Origin: a bacterium
Lineage (GTDB): Bacteria; Zhuqueibacterota; Zhuqueibacteria; Oceanimicrobiales; Oceanimicrobiaceae
DNA: 44,331 nt
Reading direction: 5' to 3'
Assembly (NCBI GenBank): GCA_046757025.1
Contig: JBHHXN010000024.1
Coordinates: 1 to 44,331 of the forward strand
Every line of letters begins with the position of its first letter. The first letter of the stretch is position 1. Below are positions 35,470 through 44,331 of this stretch, piece after piece. Under the pieces are notes generated by a model. That model was not told where the DNA came from, searched no databases, and saw only the letters and a program-made list of their open reading frames with translations. Position numbers and translations under genes: made by a program.

Positions 35470-36333
35470 TTACCACCAGTTTTTTTCAGCAGCCTTAGAA
35501 TAAAAAGTCGCGTCGCCAATACGAATGAATTCAAACTCTGAGTTGATTGTTAAGGTGGTTTCTGAGCTACCAAGCACCAATAAACCGGTCGCACTCAAAG
35601 CATTGTAAATATTGTTGAGAATCGTCTGTTTGGTTTTGTCATCAAAATATATCAAGACATTTCGACAAAATATCAGGTCAAACGCACCGGGTTTTAAAAG
35701 TTTGTTTTGCAAAAAATGTCTTTGAAAATGGATAAATTTTTTAACGCATGGTTTTATCTGCCACGCTTCTCCCTGTTGATTAAAATATTTTACCAGATAA
35801 TTTACAGGTAATCCACGACTGACCTCTAATTGTGAGTAAATTCCCATTTTGGCTTTGGATAAGGCTTTTGTGGAAATATCTGTTGCGAAAATTTTTACAT
35901 ACCAGTTGTTAAACCAACCAGACTCTAATGTTAGCATAGCAAGGCTGTAGGGCTCCTGGCCGGTGGAGCAAGCAGCCGACCAGATATTCAGGTTGTTCGA
36001 AGGTTTATATTGTGCTATCATGGGGAAAATAAGTTCCTTCATGGCAACAAACGGCTTTTTATCCCGAAACCAGGAGGTTTCATTGGTAGTCAATGAATCC
36101 ACCACCAACACTTCTATTTGTGGGTTTTGATTTGCTAACTCCGCAATCAATTCACTTAATTTTGACATGCCTAAAAAACGGGCCACAGATTTTAATCTGT
36201 TTTCAATAAGGTAACGTTTCTTTTCTCCTAAAACGATTCCAGTCCGTTGATAAATATAGTTTGATATAAATTTAATACTGTAATCGGAAAGCGTTTCGTG
36301 TGTTAAGTTCGGATTGTTAATGTGTGGCTGCAT
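35470..36333 (-). CDS. cheR: chemotaxis methyltransferase
   Basis: TTNETSWFRD, IWSAACSTGQEPYS, FDLIFCRNVLIYF. Confidence 0.95.
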   Translation of the reverse strand: MQPHINNPNLTHETLSDYSIKFISNYIYQRTGIVLGEKKRYLIENRLKSVARFLGMSKLSELIAELANQNPQIEVLVVDSLTTNETSWFRDKKPFVAMKELIFPMIAQYKPSNNLNIWSAACSTGQEPYSLAMLTLESGWFNNWYVKIFATDISTKALSKAKMGIYSQLEVSRGLPVNYLVKYFNQQGEAWQIKPCVKKFIHFQRHFLQNKLLKPGAFDLIFCRNVLIYFDDKTKQTILNNIYNALSATGLLVLGSSETTLTINSEFEFIRIGDATFYSKAAEKNWW

Positions 36334-36347
36334 CGTACTGTAATCTT

Positions 36348-36713
36348 TTAACTGTTTAGAGACATGTGAATTTTATCGAGGATGATTTCTGGTGTGAAAG
36401 GTTTCATCAAATATTCATCTGCTCCCGCATCCATCGCTTTGAGTATATTGGTAATTTTGTTTAAACAGGTCAACATGATAATTTTAGTGTTCGGAGCCAG
36501 ATTTTCTGTCCGAATTTTTGTTAAAAAGGTCAACCCATCCATTTCTGGCATTTCCCAATCCAACAATATGATATCGATGTCATCGCGAGAGTGGATTATG
36601 TTTAAAGCCTGAACCCCGTTTTCTGCTTCTGAAACTTCGTGCCCATCTGCTACAAGAATATTTTTAATTAAAGTGCGCACGGTTTTGGCATCATCGACTG
36701 TCAATATTTTCAT
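36348..36713 (-). CDS. cheY: CheY-like response regulator
   Basis: Single REC domain (VDD, LDWEMPEMDG, MKPF) inside the che operon. Confidence 0.8.
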   Translation of the reverse strand: MKILTVDDAKTVRTLIKNILVADGHEVSEAENGVQALNIIHSRDDIDIILLDWEMPEMDGLTFLTKIRTENLAPNTKIIMLTCLNKITNILKAMDAGADEYLMKPFTPEIILDKIHMSLNS

Positions 36714-36716
36714 CTT

Positions 36717-37796
36717 CTATTTTCCTTTCTTCGTGCAGCATATTTGGATGAGTTCTTTTGCAATTAATTTTAACGGTAATACCTGCTCGACGCCGCCGCG
36801 ATGGATCGCTTCTTTTGGCATACCGAAAATGACCGAGGTAGCCTCATCCTGTGCAATAGTAAAAGCGCCGGCGTTTTTCATTTCCAGTAACCCTCTGGCG
36901 CCGTCATCCCCCATACCAGTCATGATCACACCGATGGCGTTTGCACCGGCATGGTTAGCCGCTGAACGAAATAAAACGTCCACCGACGGGCGGTGTCGAC
37001 AGACTAAGGGCCCCTCTTTAACTTCAATAAAGAAGTCACAGCCGTTTCGATTGAGAAGAATATGTTTGTTGCCGGGGGCGATGAGTGCACAACCAGGTGT
37101 GATTGGATCATGATTTTCAGCTTCTTTAACCGATATTTTGCAAATGCCGTCCAGGCGCTTAGCAAATGAATTGGTAAAGTGTTCCGGCATATGTTGAACG
37201 ATGGCCAGCCCGGGAATGTTATTGGGTAAAGCCTGTAAAAGTGCGCGCAAAGCTTCTGTGCCGCCGGTGGAGGCGCCAACCACGATCACTTTATTTTTAG
37301 TTTTAAATATTTGATTGGGCGGTTTGGGGGCGAGGACGACGTCAGCCAAATATTTGGGTTCAGAATGGTTTACTTTCGGTATAGTTTTTAGTCGGGTGGA
37401 ATAGGCCGCTTTCACCGCATCACATATTTGAATTTTGGATTCAGCTTTTAATTTTTCGGTACTTAAATTAGGTTTATTGATGATTTCAATCGCGCCGTAT
37501 TCCAGCATTTTTGCACAAAAGTCTGAATTGTTAGCGGTTAAATCCGAAATGATAACTACTGGAATGGGGTGTTGTTGCATGATTATTTTTAAAAATGTCA
37601 CTCCGTTCATTTTGGGCATTTGAATATCCAGTGTTATGACGTCGGGCATTTCCTGACGGATTTTAGTTGCGGCATGAAAGGGATCGATAGCCGTGCCCAT
37701 AACTTCGATCATGGGATCGGATGATAGAATGGTTTTCAGGGCATGGCGAACCAGAGGAGAATCGTCAACAATGAGTACTTTTATTTTTTGAGCCAT
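36717..37796 (-). CDS. cheB: chemotaxis methylesterase
   Basis: REC plus [19 protein letters not shown] and TGMGDDGA. Confidence 0.95.
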   Translation of the reverse strand: MAQKIKVLIVDDSPLVRHALKTILSSDPMIEVMGTAIDPFHAATKIRQEMPDVITLDIQMPKMNGVTFLKIIMQQHPIPVVIISDLTANNSDFCAKMLEYGAIEIINKPNLSTEKLKAESKIQICDAVKAAYSTRLKTIPKVNHSEPKYLADVVLAPKPPNQIFKTKNKVIVVGASTGGTEALRALLQALPNNIPGLAIVQHMPEHFTNSFAKRLDGICKISVKEAENHDPITPGCALIAPGNKHILLNRNGCDFFIEVKEGPLVCRHRPSVDVLFRSAANHAGANAIGVIMTGMGDDGARGLLEMKNAGAFTIAQDEATSVIFGMPKEAIHRGGVEQVLPLKLIAKELIQICCTKKGK

Positions 37797-37817
37797 ACTT
37801 ACCTGCTCTTTTGAACA

Positions 37818-38351
37818 TCAGTTTTCACATTTTGGTTTGTCTTCCAGTTTTCTAACTGGGACTTCTTCACAGTTAGTCTCGGTAAATGCGGTCAATTCTT
37901 CTAATGAGAACACCTTTTGGGTATCCAGGATGATGATGAAATGGTTATCTCGTCGCCCCATGCCCATAATAAATTCGGTATTTAATTGTATCCCGAAATT
38001 TGGGGCGGGTTCGATAACATCGGGTTCAAGTGCCACCACTTCCTGAACGGAATCCGCCAGAGCACCTAGTACAATGGATTCATTATCGTGTTTTATTTCA
38101 ATGATAATGATACAGGGGTCCGTTTTTTGCGCTGGCTTGTTCATTCCAAATTTCTTGCGAAGATCAATGACCGCTACGACGCTGCCGCGAAGATTGATGA
38201 CCCCCGGCATAAAATCCGGCGTTCGGGGTACTTTGGTCATTTTGGTGATATCCAAGACTTCACGGACATTAATAATCTCGATGGCAAATAATTCACTGTT
38301 CAAGGTAAAAGTGAGATAATTTTTAGTTTCAGTAATTTCTTCAACACTCAT
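37818..38351 (-). CDS. cheW: chemotaxis coupling protein
   Basis: YLTFTL, TKVPRTP, GVINLRG. Confidence 0.95.
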   Translation of the reverse strand: MSVEEITETKNYLTFTLNSELFAIEIINVREVLDITKMTKVPRTPDFMPGVINLRGSVVAVIDLRKKFGMNKPAQKTDPCIIIIEIKHDNESIVLGALADSVQEVVALEPDVIEPAPNFGIQLNTEFIMGMGRRDNHFIIILDTQKVFSLEELTAFTETNCEEVPVRKLEDKPKCEN

Positions 38352-38391
38352 ATCGGGCTCCTGATTGGATGCTTTGCTTCATCAACGGCAA

Positions 38392-41277
38392 TTATAAATC
38401 CGTTTCAAGTGCATCGGTATCGTTCATGTCCAGGTCGAATCCTGAGCTGGCCGGGGAGACAATATTTATTTTTTTATCGACTTCTTGTTTTAATTTGCGT
38501 ACCGTCTCTGAATCGATCTGGGTGATTTTTGTTTTTGATAAAGCAGGCATGTTCGATGTAGCGGATTTTTTAACAGACCGTTGCCTCGGTTTGCTATCAG
38601 AATGGTCAATTTTAAAAAATGCCATGGTACCTTGAAGTTGTAATGCCTGGCTGGATAGTTCCTCTGCAGTAGAAGTCATTTCTTCTGCCGCTGAGGCATT
38701 TTGTTGGATGACTTGGTCCAGTTGCTGAATGGCTCTGTTAATTTCTTCGGCACCCAGGGTTTGTTCGTGACTGGCATTACTGATTTGTTTCACTAATTCC
38801 GCCGTTCTCTTGATTTCAGGAACGAGCCTTTCCAACATGGTTCCGGCACGCTCTGAAATTTCAATACTGTTTGCTGATAACTCACCAATTTCACCGGCAG
38901 CGGATTGGCTTCTTTCAGCGAGTTTTCTAACTTCAGCGGCAACCACTGCAAAGCCTTTGCCGTGCTCGCCGGCACGTGCTGCTTCAATGGCCGCGTTTAG
39001 GGCTAAAAGATTTGTTTGCCGGGCGATTTCTTCAATTATGAGGATTTTCTCTGCGATATCTTTCATGGCTGTGACAGATTTTTTCATGGCTTCGCCACTT
39101 TCCTGGGCATTTTGGGCAGCTTTTTCAGCGATTTTCTCAGTTTCACGGGCATTGTCGGCATTTTGCCGGATATTTGAACTCATCTGTTCCATCATGGAGG
39201 AGGTTTCCTGGGCGGCGGATTCCTGTTCCGTGGCGCCCTCGGCCATTTGTTCTGAAGTGGCGCTTAGTTGTACGCTGCCGGAAGCAACGTGTTCTGCAAC
39301 CGACTTGACCTCGCTCACCACTTTGCGCCACCGACTAATCATACTCTGTAATGCGGTTGAAAGCATGCCGATTTCATCTTTTTGATCGATTTCAATATGG
39401 GTGTCTAAATTACCTTTTGCTACCGTATTGGCGAATGCCACCCCTTCAATTAATGGATTGGTGATTTTGTGCGATATGAATAGTGCTAGAAGCGAGACAA
39501 TGGCAGCGAAAATAAAGCAAAATATGATTGTGGAAGTAACTAACGCTTTAATGGGCTCTTTTACTTCATCTTCTTCGATTTCAGCCAACAGCGCCCACCT
39601 GGTTTTGCCAATATCGATTGGCGTATACGCAGACAGAACCTTATGTCCATTATAATCTGAAATAGCTTTTGCACCGGTATTTCCAGAGAGCGCAGCGGTT
39701 ACCGCTTCGGTGTCGACGCCATTTTGTTGTACCGTGCCTAAAAAAGAGGCTTTTACGGAACGTCCCTGTGGATCGAGAAACGAATCTGAACGCATACGTT
39801 TATTTGAACCGACGAGATAAGTTTCACCCGTCCGGCCCATGCCATCGCGTTTTTGCATAATTTTAGCCAAAGATTTCGTGGGGAGTTGCAACGCTATTAT
39901 CATTTCAACTTCTCCCTGATGCAAAATGGGTTCGGCTATAAAAGCAGTTGGTTCATTATTTTTCGGGGGGTAAAGCTCATAATCAACAAATCCAAACTTC
40001 TTTGTATTCAGAATCTCCCGAATGAGTCTGCTGAAATTGGTGTTGCTGTATTTGCCGGTAACCATGTTTGTGTGATAGTCGGATTCTCTCGTTACTGAAT
40101 AAAACACATGGCCGTCCGGATGAATGAGATAAAAGTCCGGATAATCATAGTAGTCTTTATACTTACTATAAAATTCTTTCCCACGCTCATCCATCGGGCT
40201 AAATACTTCAGCAGCGTCGATCTCAGCGACAATCGCCCATCGTTGGTTGGCAAATTCAAGTGGAGCATACGCTGAAAGAACCGGATGGCCATGGTAGTTA
40301 ATTATGACATCTTCTCCTGCCCGACCGGCCAGAGCTTGCCGAGAGGCTTTGGTATCGACTTTGCCATTGGCTGGGTTTGCAAAAGAAACCACAACCGATC
40401 GATTGTCCGGATCTAAATACGAATCAGAGCGCATCAGCAGGTTTTGTCCAACTAGGTAAACTTCTCCAGTTTTACCCAGTCCAATGCGATCTTTCAAAAT
40501 ATTATTTATGGCTTCATTAGAAATTTGAATGGCGAGTACTCCAAACAATTTGCCGTTTTCTAATAAGGGACAGGCTGCGAAGATAGCTGGAGCTCCCGCA
40601 TAAGGCTCTAAATCAGAAAAAACCGGTTTTCCAGCGCGCTGTGTTTCCTTCCAAATTTTGGCAAGAAGGGTCTTTTCTTTTTGGAGCTGTGTTCCAAAAT
40701 CGGACTTTAATTTAGATGAATAAATCACATTACCCTGATCGGGACCAATGAGAAATATATCGGAATAACCAAGGATTTCCTGGTAACGCAGTAAAGTTTT
40801 GTTGTATTCATCGTAGGTGTTTTTAAAGGCCGGATTTTTAAATAAATCCATGCCTGAAAATCCCCTTTGTCGTGCTGTTCTGTCCGCTTTTTTTAATTCC
40901 CAAAAAGCTTTTTTTGTATAAGGATTTTCAGACAATAACTGGATTTCTTCTAATTGTTTTTCAAAAAAATATTGCATCTGATTTTTTCTTATTTCTCTGA
41001 TAGCTATTAGTTTCTGGAAAGCTTCCGTCCGCAAAGTACCCGCGATTTCCACCAGGGCGTCGACATCGTCCTGGCATTCTTTAAAGAATTTTTCAATTTG
41101 CGTTTTTTTAATTTCACGAACCGACTCAAGATGTTCATATGTTTTTTCCATAAGCGATTTAGTTGCAATATGTGCGCTCCACCAACCCATCAATAATAGC
41201 GGTATGCAGCCTATCAGTATGAACATTCCGATAAGTTTCGTTTTTAGTTTCAGGTTGTTTCCAGGTAACATTTCCAC
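38392..41277 (-). CDS. methyl-accepting chemotaxis protein with duplicated Cache-type sensor modules
   Basis: Two TMs, [34 protein letters not shown]; repeated G.G.TGE.YLVG....MRSDS.LDP..RSV. Confidence 0.95.
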   Translation of the reverse strand: MEMLPGNNLKLKTKLIGMFILIGCIPLLLMGWWSAHIATKSLMEKTYEHLESVREIKKTQIEKFFKECQDDVDALVEIAGTLRTEAFQKLIAIREIRKNQMQYFFEKQLEEIQLLSENPYTKKAFWELKKADRTARQRGFSGMDLFKNPAFKNTYDEYNKTLLRYQEILGYSDIFLIGPDQGNVIYSSKLKSDFGTQLQKEKTLLAKIWKETQRAGKPVFSDLEPYAGAPAIFAACPLLENGKLFGVLAIQISNEAINNILKDRIGLGKTGEVYLVGQNLLMRSDSYLDPDNRSVVVSFANPANGKVDTKASRQALAGRAGEDVIINYHGHPVLSAYAPLEFANQRWAIVAEIDAAEVFSPMDERGKEFYSKYKDYYDYPDFYLIHPDGHVFYSVTRESDYHTNMVTGKYSNTNFSRLIREILNTKKFGFVDYELYPPKNNEPTAFIAEPILHQGEVEMIIALQLPTKSLAKIMQKRDGMGRTGETYLVGSNKRMRSDSFLDPQGRSVKASFLGTVQQNGVDTEAVTAALSGNTGAKAISDYNGHKVLSAYTPIDIGKTRWALLAEIEEDEVKEPIKALVTSTIIFCFIFAAIVSLLALFISHKITNPLIEGVAFANTVAKGNLDTHIEIDQKDEIGMLSTALQSMISRWRKVVSEVKSVAEHVASGSVQLSATSEQMAEGATEQESAAQETSSMMEQMSSNIRQNADNARETEKIAEKAAQNAQESGEAMKKSVTAMKDIAEKILIIEEIARQTNLLALNAAIEAARAGEHGKGFAVVAAEVRKLAERSQSAAGEIGELSANSIEISERAGTMLERLVPEIKRTAELVKQISNASHEQTLGAEEINRAIQQLDQVIQQNASAAEEMTSTAEELSSQALQLQGTMAFFKIDHSDSKPRQRSVKKSATSNMPALSKTKITQIDSETVRKLKQEVDKKINIVSPASSGFDLDMNDTDALETDL

Positions 41278-41404
41278 TTTCCTTTCGTTGGCATATAATT
41301 TACAAATTTAGAATATGAGGTTTCTGTCACTAAGCAAGGACTTTCGTTTTGGTATTTTTTCCTCATCAACTCTCAATTTTTGTGAGATCTGAATTTATGT
41401 TAAA

Positions 41405-41530
41405 TAGATTACAAAACTATTGTAACAAAGAATTTGATTCTCTTACAGATGCTTAAGCAGGCGTCCCCGCCTAAGTAAACGTCAAGCGAGGACGCTTGAC
41501 GGAGCATTTTTACAATTGTCCTGTAGATTA
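41405..41530. mobile_element. MITE/REP-like element between cheA and the MCP gene
   Basis: Imperfect TIRs TAGATTACAAAACTATTGTAACAA / TTTTTACAATTGTCCTGTAGATTA (17/24); internal hairpins AGGCGTCCCCGCCT and GTCAAGCGAGGACGCTTGAC. Confidence 0.55.
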
Positions 41531-41546
41531 ATAAAATTGGCAATTA

Positions 41547-43460
41547 TTAAATATATTTGATTTTTTGGTTTAATGCTTGCTCCTGCCTGACGGCGTATTC
41601 TACCAGTTTCTGAATGTCCAGTATCAAGGCAATAGTGCCGTCGCCTAAAATGGTCGTACCGGAGACGCCTTCAACGTCTTTATAAATTTTCCCTAATGAT
41701 TTGATAACGGTTTGGTAATGTCCAATTACTTCGTCTACCACCAAACCAATTCGGTGGCCGCCAACTTCTGTAATAACCATCTGCTCTACCTCCGGCGGTT
41801 TTCCGCTTATCCTGAACCACTCTCGTAACCGGATATACGGAATGAATGTATCACGTAAAATAATAACACGGCGGTCTGAGCGGTCTCTTTCGTTATCGCG
41901 ATGTTGTTCGATACACTCCACTACAAATGAAAGGGGGATTACATATCGTTTACCCGCAATTGTAACTTGAAGACCGTCTATGATGGACATGGTCAGAGGT
42001 AAATCGATCTTTATGGTCGTACCTAGGGTAGGTTTACTGGAAATTTCTATTCGACCGCCGATTTTATGGATATTTGTCTTCACCACGTCCATACCTACTC
42101 CTCGTCCGGAAATATTGGTCACTTGGGCAGAAGTTGAAAAGCCTGGCAGAAATATCAGCTCCTGGGCTTCGTTTTCAGACAACATCTCTGCTTGCTCGTC
42201 AGTGAGCAACCCTTTTTCCACGACTTTTTGGCGAATTTTTTGATGATCGATGCCCGCGCCATCGTCGATGATCTCCAAAATTACCTGACCACCGTCATGG
42301 TAGGCCTTTAAGATAAGAGTACCTTCAGGAGATTTGCCGGCCTTGATCCGAGTTTGTTCATCTTCGATTCCGTGGTCTATGGCATTGCGAACCAGGTGTG
42401 TTAGCGGATCGCGAATGGCGTCGATTATGGTTTTGTCGAGCTCCGTATCCTGGCCTTCCAGTTTTAATTGAACCTTTTTATTGTTCTGGCGTGCGATATC
42501 GCGAACCACCCGAGGAAACCGACAGAATACGCTGCCTATGGTCTGCATTCGCGCTTTCATGACAATTTCCTGGAGATCATTGGTGATGGAATTGAACCGT
42601 TGACAGGTGGAATTAAAATTAGCGTCGGAAAGGTGCTCTGAAAATTGCAGAATCTGGTTTCGTGACAGCACTAATTCACCCACAAATTCCATAAGACGGT
42701 CGAGCACTGAAACATCTACCCGGATTGAAGAGTCTCCCTGGTGCCATTCGTTAATGATTTCTGTTTGTTTCGTTTGGTTAGCGGCAGATGAATCCGCTTG
42801 CCCGGATTTTGGATAAGTCTTCTTTTTGATCTGTTTTTCGACCGCTGAGTCCGGAAGACCTTCAGTTTTTTCTGACTGCGGTGGAGTTACTTTTTGTGCA
42901 GCAGAGTGATCTGCTTTTTTTTTACTTTCTTCTTTTTTTTCTTCCCCTGGAGGTGATTCAACGTCTTCCGAGCCAGGTTTCGCTGCATTTTTTTCTCGAG
43001 CTACTTTTTCTGCTTTATCTGAGGATATTTTTTGTTCCGGAGTCGCTGCTGATTTTGCATCACAAGATGGCGGAGATTGAATTGTTCTCACCGCGGATTT
43101 TTCAGATGGCTCTTCAACTTCAAGCTGGTCACTGCCAGTTTCTTCCATAGCTTTGTGAAGAATTTTTAACTGATCCAGAGAATCCAGCAAAAAGTTGATA
43201 ACCTCAGAATTGATTTCGCGTTTTCCATCGCGAATTTCAGTTAAGATTTCTTCTGTGACGTGGGACAGGGTGCCAAAGCGGTTCATACCGACGATGCCGG
43301 CATTGCCTTTGAGGGTATGAAACGCTCGAAAAATTTCGTCCAACAGTTCTCGATTATTCGGGTCCGTCTCAAGTTTGACGATTTCCTCATCGAGGAAGTC
43401 GATATTTTCCCTGCATTCGGCGAGAAAAATTTGCATGAGCTCATCCTGCTCGCCCATCAA
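41547..43460 (-). CDS. cheA: chemotaxis histidine kinase
   Basis: Hpt IFRAFHTLKG, low-complexity linker, HLVRNAIDHG, DDGAG, SGRGVGMDVV and a C-terminal CheW domain. Confidence 0.95.
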   Translation of the reverse strand: MMGEQDELMQIFLAECRENIDFLDEEIVKLETDPNNRELLDEIFRAFHTLKGNAGIVGMNRFGTLSHVTEEILTEIRDGKREINSEVINFLLDSLDQLKILHKAMEETGSDQLEVEEPSEKSAVRTIQSPPSCDAKSAATPEQKISSDKAEKVAREKNAAKPGSEDVESPPGEEKKEESKKKADHSAAQKVTPPQSEKTEGLPDSAVEKQIKKKTYPKSGQADSSAANQTKQTEIINEWHQGDSSIRVDVSVLDRLMEFVGELVLSRNQILQFSEHLSDANFNSTCQRFNSITNDLQEIVMKARMQTIGSVFCRFPRVVRDIARQNNKKVQLKLEGQDTELDKTIIDAIRDPLTHLVRNAIDHGIEDEQTRIKAGKSPEGTLILKAYHDGGQVILEIIDDGAGIDHQKIRQKVVEKGLLTDEQAEMLSENEAQELIFLPGFSTSAQVTNISGRGVGMDVVKTNIHKIGGRIEISSKPTLGTTIKIDLPLTMSIIDGLQVTIAGKRYVIPLSFVVECIEQHRDNERDRSDRRVIILRDTFIPYIRLREWFRISGKPPEVEQMVITEVGGHRIGLVVDEVIGHYQTVIKSLGKIYKDVEGVSGTTILGDGTIALILDIQKLVEYAVRQEQALNQKIKYI

Positions 43461-43591
43461 AATCTCCTTTTTTGAAGTTGAAGAATATGGTTGATTTATT
43501 CACAGATAACCGATCACAGCGTTTTCATCTTTTTCTACCAACATCACCCGATAAACCGGATTTACAGTATGACTCCTCTCCAGGTAAAACA

Positions 43592-43807
43592 CTAACTTTT
43601 CTTTTGACTTCTACTTTTTGGGGCCAAAACCTTCAGAAGCCGGCCCACCGGTTTTGCGGTCGCTGTTAAATAATTAACTAATGGCACTTCAAGCGCCATG
43701 ATGATCGCCTGAAATGATTTTAGTTCCAGAATAATTACCTCGTTCACCATGCTATCCGCGTTGAAATTAACAACCACTTTGCCCTCATTAGAAACTTTTA
43801 TTGCCAT
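43592..43807 (-). CDS. short hypothetical ORF, possibly a STAS-like remnant
   Basis: MAIKVSNEGKVVVNF...PVGRLLKVL upstream of cheA; weak resemblance only. Confidence 0.25.
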   Translation of the reverse strand: MAIKVSNEGKVVVNFNADSMVNEVIILELKSFQAIIMALEVPLVNYLTATAKPVGRLLKVLAPKSRSQKKS

Positions 43808-43836
43808 TTGCTTAACCGATTCTGGTTGTTGAGGTA

Positions 43837-44000
43837 GGGGCTGACCCAAAAGTCGTGTTTCTTCACTCTGAGTCCTTCGACAAGATCAGGATTGACTGCG
43901 TCGAAGGGGGTTAGTTGATTAAAAACAGACGTGCTTTCTTGAAGATACTTCGGGACTCAGCATGAAGGTGTGTGTATTTTTGGACTTTTGGGACTGCCCC
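43837..44000. mobile_element. MITE-like element
   Basis: TIRs GGGGCTGACCCAAAAGTC / GACTTTTGGGACTGCCCC (16/18); core CTGAGTCCTTCGAC...GTCGAAGG...GGACTCAG. Confidence 0.75.
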
Positions 44001-44331
44001 CACGTACACGAAATTGTAATCTTACTAATCTCAACCAATAATTTTTTCTGTCCGCTCTTTGAATGCCTTTTTTATACCTCCCCTGATTGACCCGATTATC
44101 AATTTTGATTCCCATGGTAATTTTCTTGAAAAGGAAATCCTGTACATCTTGAGAATCCGGTTGTCCGGTCAAAAATAGGCCCATTCTTTGATATCCCCTA
44201 TGATTGGTTACACTTACCTGATTCTAACGGTCTATTTTACCGCTATCGATAAAAAGAATTTTACTACTCATTTATTGGTTTTAAACTAATGTATGTCACA
44301 TTTACAGTATCGTCACTTTTCATATTTATTT

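Noticed and set aside
43500..43620. CheD remnant suggested by KVSVLPGE on the minus strand
   Set aside because: Only a few residues match and no other CheD motif follows.

Overview
Bacterial genomic window with no rRNA, tRNA, CRISPR array or intact transposase. The gene style suggests an FCB/KSB1/Calditrichota-like lineage, which is inference only. From left to right it holds: (1) a lipoprotein and a deoxyhypusine-synthase-like gene; (2) a HAMP-GAF-PP2C (SpoIIE) phosphatase with a TPR lipoprotein; (3) a metallophosphoesterase, a second TPR lipoprotein and alkD; (4) a decaying sulfur-handling operon with a sigma54-like promoter (MerR with an in-frame TAG, frameshifted SQR, DUF1641, TusE/DsrC, DsrE2, broken FadL-like porin); (5) rpsU; (6) a REC-histidine kinase/response regulator pair behind a consensus sigma28 promoter; (7) a roughly 14-kb co-oriented block (about 19.9-33.8 kb); (8) a chemosensory operon on the minus strand (cheA, MCP, cheW, cheB, cheY, cheR, triple-receiver protein). 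Block 7 is the best candidate for an undescribed system. It has a consensus sigma54 promoter driving a lipoprotein that ends in a ZU5/GPS-like HFS motif nine residues before the stop. This is followed by a TPR protein, a Ser/Thr kinase-STAND ATPase-TPR protein, Zn-ribbon-TPR and Zn-ribbon-FHA proteins, a complete oligopeptide ABC importer and a sigma54 activator with no sensor domain. I hypothesise a peptide-release / import / phospho-signalling feedback loop. Intergenic spaces hold many short TIR-bounded palindromic elements (MITE/REP-like), one family in two copies. All calls are from motif reading only; no searches were run.
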